Source: Bacteroidota bacterium (lineage in GTDB: Bacteria; Bacteroidota; Bacteroidia; Flavobacteriales_C; GCA-002722245). Taken from it: a stretch of 64,000 nucleotides of DNA. The stretch is from positions 51,123-115,122 of the forward strand of contig JAPLEZ010000145.1 in assembly GCA_026390935.1 (NCBI GenBank). The letters are read 5' to 3'. This document shows, piece after piece, positions 36,806 to 46,163 of this stretch. Under the pieces are notes generated by a model, which was not told where the DNA came from, did not search any database, and saw only the letters and a list, made by a program, of their open reading frames with translations. Both the position numbers and the translations under genes were made by a program. Every line of letters starts with the position of its first letter. Positions within the stretch are counted from its first letter, which is position 1.

Positions 36806-39373
36806 TTGAAAAGATTTTCTGCCTATACCGTTGTACTCCTTTTGCTGCTCCATTCGTGCAGTACGGAAAAAAATGCTTTCCCAAATAAATTCTATCATGG
36901 CCTCACCACACGCTACAACGTGTACTTCAACGCCAATGAAAAATTAAAAAGTGCTGAAGCCACTTTGCTGAAAAAACACTACGATGATTACGACCAGCTT
37001 TTAGATGCCTTCCCCTACGGCACAGCGGAAAATGCCACCGAGGTTACCCCTGAACTGGAAATTGCCATTAAAAAAGCATCTAAAGCGATCAACAAACACA
37101 GCATGCGCTTTAAAATAAAAAAGAAAGGCGAAACCAAAGCGGAAGACAGAGAAGTAAATCCTTTCATTGACGATTCTTACTTCGTGCTCGGGAAAGCTTA
37201 TTTCTTCAAGCGCGAATACCAATCGGCAGCCGAAACCTTTGAATACATCGCTAAAGAATACCACGACAAAAAAATAAAATACGATGCGCTCATCTGGCTG
37301 GTGAAATCGTACATCGCAATGGAAAAATTCGACGATGCTCGTCAGAAATTGGATATGCTTGAAAACGACAAAGACCTTCCTAAAAAGAAAAAAGCAGAAT
37401 ACTATGCCACACGCGGACAGTACTTCATAAAAACCAACGACCACAAGGAGGCCATAAAAGCATTTAAAGAAGCCATTACCTTTTCCAAAAAGGGGAAAAA
37501 CACTCCGCGTTGGACTTACATCTTAGCGCAATTGTATTTGGAAAGCGGACAAAATACCGAAGCCATTGTAATGTTTAAACAAGTGGCGGCAGCTAGTGTG
37601 AAATATGAAATGGAATTCAACGCACGTATTCACATGGCCCTCTGCCACGTGGAAGGACAAAGTGTTGATGCCTACATCAAAGACTTGTTGAAACTGGCTA
37701 AAGACGAAAAAAATCAAGAGTATCTCGATCAAATATATTACTCCATTGCCCAATTGTATTTAAAAGAAAAACAAAAAGACAAAGCTTCTGAAAATTTCTT
37801 GGTGGCGGCCAGAACCAGCGTAAACAACCCCAAACAAAAGGCCTTAGCCTACCTTGCATTGGCAGATATGAGTTTTGAAAAACCCGACTATGTAAAGGCG
37901 TCTGCTTATTACGACAGTACCATCACCGTTCTGCCAACCACACACACAGCCTACGAAAGAACCCTCGTCAAAAAAAATTCACTCGCCGAAATTGTTGTGC
38001 AAATTGAAATCATTACAACCGAAGACAGCTTGCAAACAATGGCTGCCATGACTGAAGCACAGCGCATCAAAAAAATTGATAAGATCATTTCCAACTTAAA
38101 AGAAAAAGAAGATCTTGATGCTGAACTCGCATTTCAGAAACAGGATGCAGCAGCACGACAAACCACTAACGAACCATCCAATGAAAATGTGAAATGGTAT
38201 TTTTACAATCCTAAATTAATTGCTGTTGGACAAGGAAAATTCACCGGAATTTGGGGTGCAAGAAAATTAGAAGACAACTGGCGCAGAAAAAATAAAAGTG
38301 CCGCAGCCTTTGGAACCGATGGCGGCGATGACAACAACGCTGCAGCCAATGCCGATCAAAGTACCGACAAGAAAAAAACAAGAGAATATTACCTCTCTGC
38401 ACTTCCTTTAACACCTGAAGCCCTAAAAATTTCTCAGGATAAAATGATTGATGCATATTACAAACTAGGCATTTTGTACAAAGACAATCTTGAAGATTTG
38501 CCTGCTGCAATCAAAGCTTTTGAAGAGATGAACAATAAATTTCCTCAAAACAAAAACGCTCTAAAATCTTACTATTTGCTATACAGAGCCAATTTAAAAA
38601 TAAACAAAATGGAAAGGGCCGCCTACTACAAAGGGCTTATCAACACTGATTTCCCTACGAGCGAATACGCCTCTTTAATCAACAAAAAAGAAAACAGTCA
38701 GGAAGAAGCGCAACAAAAATTAATCGTCAATACACAATACGAAAAACTGTTGAACGAATACAAAAAAGGAAATTTTGCTTTGGTCATTTCTGAATCGAAA
38801 AACCTAAATGCAACTTACAAAAACAATGAGCTGGAACCACAGTTTGAGCTGCTGAAAGCCTTTGCCATCGGACAAACACAAGGCAAAGAAGAATTCAAGA
38901 AAGAACTATTAATTGTGAAAACATCTTTCCCTGGATCCGATGCCGCAAACTCCGCCAATGACGTGCTCAACAGCATGACTAATACAAACACAGCCAACAC
39001 AAATCCGGAAAAAACCTACACCATCAACAAAAACGAAGAGCATTATTTTATCATTATTGCCGACGAAAAAAATACCGACATCAATGCATTAGAAAAAGAA
39101 ATTGCCAACTTCAATTCCACTTATTACGGCTTGGAAAACCTTGAGCAACAAAGCATCATTTGGGAGGATTCTCAAAAAGCCATCGTGATCAAAACTTTCC
39201 GAAAAAATGAAACTGTAATGGATTTCTATAAAAATTTAAACGCCAAAGTTTTAAATAATTTCCCAAATGTGGGCACAAACTATTTCCCCATCTCTGTGAC
39301 CAACTATGTTACTTTTTACAAAAACAAAAACGTGGCGCAGTACTATGATTTTTTTGTGAAGGAATACAAATAG
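36806..39373 (+). CDS. porW: TPR-repeat lipoprotein, likely T9SS component PorW/SprE
   Basis: Lipobox (LLHSC) followed by STEKNAF...YHGLTTRYNVYFNA, which matches my memory of the SprE/PorW N-terminus. 855 aa with multiple TPR-like repeats. Confidence 0.6.
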   Translation: MKRFSAYTVVLLLLLHSCSTEKNAFPNKFYHGLTTRYNVYFNANEKLKSAEATLLKKHYDDYDQLLDAFPYGTAENATEVTPELEIAIKKASKAINKHSMRFKIKKKGETKAEDREVNPFIDDSYFVLGKAYFFKREYQSAAETFEYIAKEYHDKKIKYDALIWLVKSYIAMEKFDDARQKLDMLENDKDLPKKKKAEYYATRGQYFIKTNDHKEAIKAFKEAITFSKKGKNTPRWTYILAQLYLESGQNTEAIVMFKQVAAASVKYEMEFNARIHMALCHVEGQSVDAYIKDLLKLAKDEKNQEYLDQIYYSIAQLYLKEKQKDKASENFLVAARTSVNNPKQKALAYLALADMSFEKPDYVKASAYYDSTITVLPTTHTAYERTLVKKNSLAEIVVQIEIITTEDSLQTMAAMTEAQRIKKIDKIISNLKEKEDLDAELAFQKQDAAARQTTNEPSNENVKWYFYNPKLIAVGQGKFTGIWGARKLEDNWRRKNKSAAAFGTDGGDDNNAAANADQSTDKKKTREYYLSALPLTPEALKISQDKMIDAYYKLGILYKDNLEDLPAAIKAFEEMNNKFPQNKNALKSYYLLYRANLKINKMERAAYYKGLINTDFPTSEYASLINKKENSQEEAQQKLIVNTQYEKLLNEYKKGNFALVISESKNLNATYKNNELEPQFELLKAFAIGQTQGKEEFKKELLIVKTSFPGSDAANSANDVLNSMTNTNTANTNPEKTYTINKNEEHYFIIIADEKNTDINALEKEIANFNSTYYGLENLEQQSIIWEDSQKAIVIKTFRKNETVMDFYKNLNAKVLNNFPNVGTNYFPISVTNYVTFYKNKNVAQYYDFFVKEYK

Positions 39374-39402
39374 CTGTTCTCTGAAACAACCCTCTGCCGC
39401 CT

Positions 39403-39532
39403 CCGTCATTGCGAAAATTTTTGTACTCAAAAATTAAAGCAATCCCATCATAACATCTAGCAGATACAATCAGACTTATTAAAATTATAGGATTGCTTTA
39501 ATTTTTGAGTACAAAAATTTTCGCAATGACGG
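39403..39532. repeat. 43-bp perfect inverted repeat element (44-nt spacer)
   Basis: CCGTCATTGCGAAAATTTTTGTACTCAAAAATTAAAGCAATCC (39403-39445) is the exact reverse complement of 39490-39532. Each arm has nested hairpins (ATTGC...GCAAT and AATTTTTG/CAAAAATT). Confidence 0.9.
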
Positions 39533-39539
39533 CACGAAC

Positions 39540-41588
39540 CTACCTCACCCCACCTCCATTATCAATAACCTTCTCAGGCGATACAAACGCCAATTCACCT
39601 TTACTGTTTTCCGCCATCAAAATCATTCCCTGAGATTCAATTCCTTTGATATTTCTTGGCGCGAGATTTACTAGAATGCTCACTTGTTTGCCTATGATAT
39701 CTTCTGGATTGTAATGCTCGGCAATGCCCGAAACTACAGTTCGTTGATCGATGCCAGTATCAATTTTCAACTTCAGCAATTTAGCTGTTTTAGGAACTTT
39801 TTCTGCTTCAATGATTGTTCCTACACGGATATCCATTTTAGAAAAATCTTCAAAAGAAACATTCTCCTTTTGCGGAGCGGCACTAACTTTTGCTTGTTGC
39901 ACTGCCAATTTGGACGCTTTCAATTTTTCCAGTTGAGCAGCAATTACATCATCTTCAATCTTGCTAAACAACAATTGCGGAGTTGTCGCTATAACAAAAC
40001 CATTTGTCAGTAATAAATTTCTTTCGGCATCGCTCCATTCTTTATTGGAAATCCCCAGCCATGAAGAAATTTTCTGACTCGTTTCCGGCAAAAACGGACT
40101 TCCTAAAACGCTTATTTTTGCTGCTATTTCCAAGGCAACGCGCAAAATAGTTCCAACTCTTTCCGGATTGTCTTTGATTTTCCACGGCTCTGTATCAGCC
40201 AAATATTTATTACCCAAACTGGATAATTTCATGAGCTCGGATAAAGCTTCGCGAAAGCGATATTTATTCAAACTCTCAGAGATTGTTCCATTGAATTCTT
40301 TGGCCTGCTCCAAAGTATTTTCATCAATCTCCTTCAGATTCGCCAACGCAGGAACAAAACCATTGAAGAATTTATGCGTGAGCACAAAAGCACGGTTCAC
40401 AAAGTTGCCGAGATTATCCGCGAGTTCATTGTTGTTTTTTGCTTGAAAATCTTTCCAAGTAAAATCAGCATCCTTAGTTTCCGGCATGTTGGAACACAAG
40501 GTATAGCGCAACACATCGGTTTTATCAGGGAAATCGGCCAAAAACTCATGCAGCCATACTGCCCAGTTGCCGGAAGTAGAAAATTTATCACCCTCCAAAT
40601 TCAAAAATTCGTTGGCCGGCACATTGTCGGGCAAAATATAATCACCAAACAATTTCAGCATCGAAGGAAAAATAATACAGTGAAAAACAATGTTGTCTTT
40701 TCCAATGAAATGAATCAGTTTAGATTTGCCATCCTTTTTCCAATAATCTTCCCATTTACGATTTTTGTCGTTGGCAAGCAATTCCTGCGTGAAAGAAATA
40801 TATCCGATCGGCGCGTCAAACCACACATACAGCACTTTTCCCTCTCCACCCGCAACTGGAACAGGAATGCCCCAGTCCAAATCGCGCGTAATTGCACGCG
40901 GATGCAAACCCGCTTCCAGCCAGCTTTTACACTGTCCGTATACATTCGATTTCCAATCTTGATGACCTTCTAAAATCCAGGTTTTCAACCATTCTTCATG
41001 ATGATCCAAAGGCAAAAACCAATGTTTGGTTTGCTTTAAAACCGGCTTATTTCCACTCAAGGCCGAACGCGGATTAATTAAATCGGTAGCGTTTAAAGTA
41101 GTTCCGCATTTTTCGCACTGATCGCCATAAGCCTTTTCATTGGCGCAATGCGGACAAGTACCTGTAATGTACCTGTCGGCCAAAAACTGTTTGTTCTCCT
41201 CATCATAATATTGCTCGGTCACCTCTTCGGTGAAAGCACCTTCCCCTTCAAGCTTTTTAAATAAATCAGATGCGGTTTTATAATGCGTTTTGGAAGTTGT
41301 TTTGGAAAAAATATCCAAAGTAATTCCCAATTGTTTTAAAGAATCGTCTATGATGTTATGGTACTTATCTACCACTTGCTGCGGCGTAACGCCCTCGTTT
41401 TTTGCTTTGATGGTGATAGGTACTCCGTGTTCATCGGTACCGCCAATGAAAATAACATCTTCATTTTTTGCGCGCAAATAGCGCACATAAATATCTGCTG
41501 GAATATATACGCCTGCTACGTGGCCAAGGTGTAAAGGGCCATTGGCATAGGGAAGCGCTGTGGTGATGGTATATCTTTGTTTTGTCAT
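39540..41588 (-). CDS. metG: methionine--tRNA ligase with C-terminal tRNA-binding domain
   Basis: The ATG at 41588 gives [23 protein letters not shown] (HIGH motif). Zn knuckle CPHC...CEKCG, KFSTS (KMSKS-like) and a C-terminal DIRVGTI OB domain. Confidence 0.95.
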   Translation of the reverse strand: MTKQRYTITTALPYANGPLHLGHVAGVYIPADIYVRYLRAKNEDVIFIGGTDEHGVPITIKAKNEGVTPQQVVDKYHNIIDDSLKQLGITLDIFSKTTSKTHYKTASDLFKKLEGEGAFTEEVTEQYYDEENKQFLADRYITGTCPHCANEKAYGDQCEKCGTTLNATDLINPRSALSGNKPVLKQTKHWFLPLDHHEEWLKTWILEGHQDWKSNVYGQCKSWLEAGLHPRAITRDLDWGIPVPVAGGEGKVLYVWFDAPIGYISFTQELLANDKNRKWEDYWKKDGKSKLIHFIGKDNIVFHCIIFPSMLKLFGDYILPDNVPANEFLNLEGDKFSTSGNWAVWLHEFLADFPDKTDVLRYTLCSNMPETKDADFTWKDFQAKNNNELADNLGNFVNRAFVLTHKFFNGFVPALANLKEIDENTLEQAKEFNGTISESLNKYRFREALSELMKLSSLGNKYLADTEPWKIKDNPERVGTILRVALEIAAKISVLGSPFLPETSQKISSWLGISNKEWSDAERNLLLTNGFVIATTPQLLFSKIEDDVIAAQLEKLKASKLAVQQAKVSAAPQKENVSFEDFSKMDIRVGTIIEAEKVPKTAKLLKLKIDTGIDQRTVVSGIAEHYNPEDIIGKQVSILVNLAPRNIKGIESQGMILMAENSKGELAFVSPEKVIDNGGGVR

Positions 41589-41640
41589 ATGGGCAAAGAT
41601 AAAAGGAATTGGGAAGGAATAAAGAAAGTTTGAAGAAGAT

Positions 41641-41687
41641 GAAAAGTGGAAAAATATGGAATTGGATTCCATATTTTTCCACTTTTC
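41641..41687. repeat. 22-bp perfect palindrome (3-nt centre) in the metG upstream region
   Basis: GAAAAGTGGAAAAATATGGAAT (41641-41662), TGG, then ATTCCATATTTTTCCACTTTTC (41666-41687). Confidence 0.85.
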
Positions 41688-41799
41688 TCAGGTAACCATC
41701 TTATTGTTGAGTTACTTAATCTGTTGAATGTAGCTGGACTCCCAAGCAAAGGACGGATATCGATGTTGTGTCATGCTGGGCGAAGAGATTAAAAATGCA

Positions 41800-41807
41800 T
41801 AGCTTTG
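41800..41807 (+). promoter_or_regulatory. putative -7 box (TAgcTTTG) for the orphan gene
   Basis: TAGCTTTG lies 20 nt upstream of the ATG at 41827. Confidence 0.4.
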
Positions 41808-41826
41808 ATTTTATTCAAATTTAGTT

Positions 41827-42531
41827 ATGTCTGCTTGGTGTCAAATGTTTAAATCCGCTATTGTGCAATATGATCTTCATATTGCACAACTTGATCTTCC
41901 GATGCGATTTATGTGGCCAATTGCGGGAAATCTGCCTCATAGCATAAACAATTTTGATTATGACCTGGACAAATATCTGGATACTCTAATTGGAGAATAC
42001 CTTGGCTCGCCAGAATCATTTAATGAAATTGAACTTTATTCCATCATAAAAATAATCGACGAATTATTTGACCAATTTGAACGCAAAGCTGACGAAATAA
42101 TTTATTGCTCTTTAGACACAATTAATAATGACGTGTGGAATAAAAATTTGGATGAGTATAAATTCACTGCGTGGGATTTACATAGAAATTTGAACAAAGA
42201 AAATTATTTAAAAGGCATTGCCGCGTCAAAAGTACTTTGGCTTCAACATACCTATCAAATCAGGATTGTTTTAGGTGAATTAATTTATAAAGGGCCTATT
42301 GGAATGGATTCTTGGTTTTTACAAAAAATTATTTGTGAAGATTTCCGAGAACTGGAAGAAAGGACTTCCCTACTATTATCTAAATCGAACAACGAATACA
42401 CTAATGAAGATAAAGCCTTTATTAGATTCTGCTATGAGCTATTTAAAAATGATGCTGAAAAAGAAACAGTATTATCAAAATTAAAAGAGAATACACAATA
42501 TGAAAATCCCTTTCCTAAAACCCAACGATAA
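41827..42531 (+). CDS. hypothetical cytoplasmic protein (orphan, AT-rich)
   Basis: 234-aa ORF with ATG start and no signal peptide or TM segment. No family recognised. Visibly more AT-rich than its neighbours. 32-nt overlap with the next gene. Confidence 0.45.
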   Translation: MSAWCQMFKSAIVQYDLHIAQLDLPMRFMWPIAGNLPHSINNFDYDLDKYLDTLIGEYLGSPESFNEIELYSIIKIIDELFDQFERKADEIIYCSLDTINNDVWNKNLDEYKFTAWDLHRNLNKENYLKGIAASKVLWLQHTYQIRIVLGELIYKGPIGMDSWFLQKIICEDFRELEERTSLLLSKSNNEYTNEDKAFIRFCYELFKNDAEKETVLSKLKENTQYENPFPKTQR

Positions 42532-43393
42532 AGTAGCCATCACTGCTCCAGCAAAAAGAATTTCGCGCAAAGAAATTGATGCAGCAGTGAAAGTCCTTAT
42601 TGATTGGGGCTTACAGGTGGTGGTGGGTGAAACTATTGATTCGGAATATTTTCAATTTTCAGCTCCTAAAGAAAAACGTTTAGACGAAGTTCAAACCTTT
42701 TTGGATGACCCTGAAATAAAAGCCGTTTTCTTTGCGCGTGGCGGATATGGCTCCATTCAAATCATTGACAACATTGATTTTAAGGCATTCAAAAAAAATC
42801 CGAAATGGCTGATTGGCTTTAGTGACATTACTGTTTTTCACTCGCATTTAAATGCTAAAATACTTGCGCCGAGCATTCATGCAACGATGCCACTCAACTT
42901 TGAAAAAAACTCCAAAGAAACGCTGTCTACCTTGAAAGAAGCCGTTTTCAAAGGGAAGATGAAATACGAGCTAAAAACAAAACACAAGCTCAACCGCAAA
43001 GGGAAAGGAAAAGGAGAAATTGTTGGTGGAAATTTATCCATTATATATTCGCTTCTAGGGTCAAAATCTTTTCCGAATCTGAAAGGGAAAATTCTCTTTT
43101 TGGAAGATTTAAACGAATACTACTATCACCTCGACAGGATGATGTATTCGTTGAAAAGAGCCGGAGCATTGAAAGATTTAAAAGGTTTGCTAATCGGACA
43201 ATTTAGCGACATGCAGGAAGCGGCGTTGCCCTTCGACAAAAACACAGAAGAAATAATTTACGATGCAGTGAAAGAATACAAATTTCCAATTTACTTTAAT
43301 TTTCCAGCAGGCCATGTTGCTGATAACAGAGCGCTGATTTTCGGGAAAGAAGTAAAGATGGAAGTGGATGAAAAAGGATTGAAATTAGGCTAG
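42500..43393 (+). CDS. LD-carboxypeptidase (peptidase S66)
   Basis: GFSDITV nucleophile motif, FLEDLNEYYYHLDRM (Glu/His), 297 aa. Confidence 0.85.
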   Translation: MKIPFLKPNDKVAITAPAKRISRKEIDAAVKVLIDWGLQVVVGETIDSEYFQFSAPKEKRLDEVQTFLDDPEIKAVFFARGGYGSIQIIDNIDFKAFKKNPKWLIGFSDITVFHSHLNAKILAPSIHATMPLNFEKNSKETLSTLKEAVFKGKMKYELKTKHKLNRKGKGKGEIVGGNLSIIYSLLGSKSFPNLKGKILFLEDLNEYYYHLDRMMYSLKRAGALKDLKGLLIGQFSDMQEAALPFDKNTEEIIYDAVKEYKFPIYFNFPAGHVADNRALIFGKEVKMEVDEKGLKLG

Positions 43394-43394
43394 C

Positions 43395-44027
43395 CTACAA
43401 ACCCATTTTTTCTATCAGTTGATGTATGTCATTTTGCTTCAAATCCAACCATACAGCTTGTAATCCCGCTCGTTTAGCGCCTTCCACATGTTGCGGTGAA
43501 TCATCAATGAACAAAGTTTCCTGAGGATTTAGTTTTTGCTCATTTACAATAGTCAAAAACCCTTCGGCATTGGGTTTACGGATGCCCATTTCATGAGAGT
43601 AATATACCTTTTCAAAGTGCTGATTGAAATCGGAAATGCCATGCGTTTCCATAATCACGCGATGTATTTCAGCGGCATGCACTTCGTTAATATTGCTATA
43701 TAAAAAAACGCGGTACTTTTTTCGCAGTGCATTGACCAATTCCAAACGATGTGTTGGAATATTGAAAAGCATAGTGTTTAAAGCCCACTCCACATCTTTT
43801 GTGTTGAGCGCTACTCCACTTATAATCGACAATTCCTTAGTAAAATCATCCGCCGTTATTTTTCCTTCTTCCAAACGGTTAAACAAATCCGACTGGTTTT
43901 TTTGCGTGAAAATTTTATCAAAATCTTTCACGCCAATTTTCTCCATTGCGCCTATTGTTCTAGTATAATCGATATCGTACAAAACGCCACCCAAATCGAA
44001 AATGATATTTTTTATTTGTCCTTCCAT
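43395..44027 (-). CDS. HAD-IA family hydrolase
   Basis: IIFDLGGVL motif I, SN motif II and FIDD motif IV. ATG at 44027, with an alternative TTG at 44036. Confidence 0.8.
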   Translation of the reverse strand: MEGQIKNIIFDLGGVLYDIDYTRTIGAMEKIGVKDFDKIFTQKNQSDLFNRLEEGKITADDFTKELSIISGVALNTKDVEWALNTMLFNIPTHRLELVNALRKKYRVFLYSNINEVHAAEIHRVIMETHGISDFNQHFEKVYYSHEMGIRKPNAEGFLTIVNEQKLNPQETLFIDDSPQHVEGAKRAGLQAVWLDLKQNDIHQLIEKMGL

Positions 44028-44059
44028 AGTGTGCAAATATCAAAAATTCAAAACTATTC

Positions 44060-44090
44060 TTGGTAATGTTAACCTCAAAAGATACATTTG
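44060..44090 (+). promoter_or_regulatory. putative Bacteroidota promoter for the tRNA (-33 TTG, -7 TAcaTTTG)
   Basis: TTG at 44060-44062 and TACATTTG at 44083-44090, 20 nt apart. The tRNA 5' end is 19 nt downstream. Confidence 0.5.
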
Positions 44091-44108
44091 CAATCCGATT
44101 AATTTCGA

Positions 44109-44182
44109 GGGCCTATAGCTCAGCTGGTTAGAGCATCTGACTCATAATCAGAGGGTCCATGGTTCAAGTCCATGTGGGCCCA
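44109..44182 (+). tRNA. tRNA with CAT anticodon (elongator Met by anticodon; possibly tRNA-Ile2/lysidine)
   Basis: A 74-nt cloverleaf folds by hand. Acceptor GGGCCTA/TGGGCCC, D arm GCTCAGCTGGTTAGAGC, anticodon stem TCTGA/TCAGA with loop CTCATAA, T arm CATGG-TTCAAGT-CCATG, discriminator A. No encoded CCA. Confidence 0.9.
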
Positions 44183-44333
44183 CATTAAATGAGAGTGAGA
44201 GTGAGAAGCGAGAGCGACGAACTCCACTCTCATTTCTCAAAACCCACTCCCACACCCGCTTTCATTTTCAATTAACAACTTTTCTCAATTCTGAATTTTT
44301 ATTGCCGATATTTTTCCGCACATTTAAATAACA

Positions 44334-44771
44334 ATGCTAGATATAGGGATAATACCAGCAATTACATTGATACTGCTTAGCGGAGTAAAAATATTATTTA
44401 CTCCCATTGGCATGATAGGATCAGGATTGTATTCCTACTGGACAACCATTATCATTACGTCAACAGGCGGTGTATTGGGTGTATTGACGTTTTTCTTTTT
44501 GGGAAAACAAATCCTTAAATTCTTCAAAAGCAAGAAAGAAAAAAAAGCATTTACCAAACAAAACAGAAGAATAGTAAACATCAAAAACCGTTTTGGATTG
44601 GTAGGCATGGCAGCAACGATGGGTATCGTGTCGGTGCCTTTAGCAACAATTTTAGTGGCAAAATACTTTGGTAAAAAACCAGCAGCCGTTCCTGTTTTGG
44701 TGTTTACAGCAATTTCCTGGAGCTTTGTTGTAACAACAATCTCCTATTTATTTAAGCTGCTATTTAGTTGA
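44334..44771 (+). CDS. small integral membrane protein, unknown function
   Basis: 145 aa with about 4 TM helices and a basic loop (KSKKEKKAFTKQNRR). Confidence 0.55.
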   Translation: MLDIGIIPAITLILLSGVKILFTPIGMIGSGLYSYWTTIIITSTGGVLGVLTFFFLGKQILKFFKSKKEKKAFTKQNRRIVNIKNRFGLVGMAATMGIVSVPLATILVAKYFGKKPAAVPVLVFTAISWSFVVTTISYLFKLLFS

Positions 44772-46154
44772 TTACCTTAAAAGACTGATGATCAATTCCG
44801 GCAAGATCCCTGCAGCGATAATGATCACAGCACAAAGAATCAAGATATAACTCTTCTTCTCCGCTATAGTGTTTTCACTTCCTTCTACCGGAGCAGAAAA
44901 CAAAGTAGCAATGATTTTAAAGTAATAGTAAATCCCTACTAAAGATGTCAATATTGCAATGAGCGACACCGCTAAATGTCCGTTGGCAATGGCTGTAGAG
45001 ATGATGAAGTATTTTGCGAAGAACCCCGCTGTTGGCGGAATACCAGCCATCGACAATAAAACGATGCAAAACAAAACAGCAACTACTGGATTCTTTTTTC
45101 CTAGGCCACGCAGACTGTCGATACTTAATGTTTGTCCTTCTTCTGATAGCAAAATCAAAACAGCAAAGGCTCCTAATGAAGCAGCGGCATAAGCGATTGA
45201 ATAATAGAATAGAGCGCTTGCAGCATCACCTTTTAAAGCAACTATAGCCAAGAGCATAAATCCTGCATTGGCGATTCCTGAGTAAGCCAAAAGACGTTTA
45301 AGATTGCTTTGTGCCAAAGCCGAGAAGTTTCCAATCACCAAAGTAAGCACAACTACCGCACTCAAAATCATTTCCCATTGTTCAGATGCGCCTCCAAAGC
45401 AAGTGCTGAACAATCTGTAAAAAGCAGCGAAAGCAGCGATTTTAACCACTGTAGCCATGAAAGAAGTAACAATGTTTGGAGAACCTTCATACACATCGGG
45501 CGCCCAAAAGTGAAAAGGAGCAGCAGAAACTTTAAAGAGCAAACCAACCATCAACATCAGCAAGCCAGCATAAAACAAGTAAGGAAGATCTTTACTTCCG
45601 TTAACATAAGCAGCAATTTCTGCGAGGTTGAATGAACCGGTAGCACCGTAAATCATGGTGATTCCAAAAAGCAAAAATCCTGTGGCAAAAGCACCGAGGA
45701 TAAAATATTTCAATGCAGCTTCATTGGATTCGTGACTCGTTTTTTTACTTCCAGCCAATGTGTACAATGAAACAGAAAGCGCTTCAATCCCAATAAATAA
45801 CATCGCAAGGTTGGAATAAGAAACCATCATAATGGCGCCTGCTACTGTGAAAGCCATGATACCATAATAATCACCAGTTCCTTTTTCATCAAAATTGAAT
45901 TGATCTTTCGACAGCATGAAAACCAAAGCAGCAACAAATAAAATCACACCAGTAAACGCAACAGCATAGTGATCAAAGTTCACCATATCGTGGTAGTAGC
46001 GGGTATTTTCCTGATTCCAGTTAAAGAAATTTAAAACAAAAAGGGCCAATACACCGGCAACAATAACTTGGAGGGAATATCTTCTCAGGGAGTCGGAAAG
46101 CCCAACAAACAAAGACAAAAGTCCGAGACAAGAGATTAAAATTAAAACGTTCAT
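44772..46154 (-). CDS. nuoN: NADH-quinone oxidoreductase subunit N
   Basis: Last gene of the nuo operon. 460-aa antiporter-like polytopic protein. Confidence 0.9.
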   Translation of the reverse strand: MNVLILISCLGLLSLFVGLSDSLRRYSLQVIVAGVLALFVLNFFNWNQENTRYYHDMVNFDHYAVAFTGVILFVAALVFMLSKDQFNFDEKGTGDYYGIMAFTVAGAIMMVSYSNLAMLFIGIEALSVSLYTLAGSKKTSHESNEAALKYFILGAFATGFLLFGITMIYGATGSFNLAEIAAYVNGSKDLPYLFYAGLLMLMVGLLFKVSAAPFHFWAPDVYEGSPNIVTSFMATVVKIAAFAAFYRLFSTCFGGASEQWEMILSAVVVLTLVIGNFSALAQSNLKRLLAYSGIANAGFMLLAIVALKGDAASALFYYSIAYAAASLGAFAVLILLSEEGQTLSIDSLRGLGKKNPVVAVLFCIVLLSMAGIPPTAGFFAKYFIISTAIANGHLAVSLIAILTSLVGIYYYFKIIATLFSAPVEGSENTIAEKKSYILILCAVIIIAAGILPELIISLLR

Positions 46155-46163
46155 ATCAGTTTC

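Noticed and set aside
37001-37444. 147-aa ORF on the minus strand
   Set aside because: It is antisense inside the porW-like gene. Its Phe/Val-rich translation mirrors Lys/Glu-rich sense codons.
40374-40973. 199-aa ORF on the plus strand
   Set aside because: It is antisense inside metG and has no recognisable motifs, so it is a shadow ORF.
41589-41672. 28-codon N-terminal extension of metG in the ORF track (MESNSIFF...)
   Set aside because: The extension runs through the perfect palindrome and is Ser/Phe-rich nonsense. The conserved MetRS N-terminus begins at the ATG at 41588.
41770-41800. Possible solo GTCAT-type arm (GTCATGCTGGGCGAAGAGATTAAAAATGCAT)
   Set aside because: Only a 4-bp ATGC/GCAT pairing supports it, which is too weak to call without genome-wide comparison.
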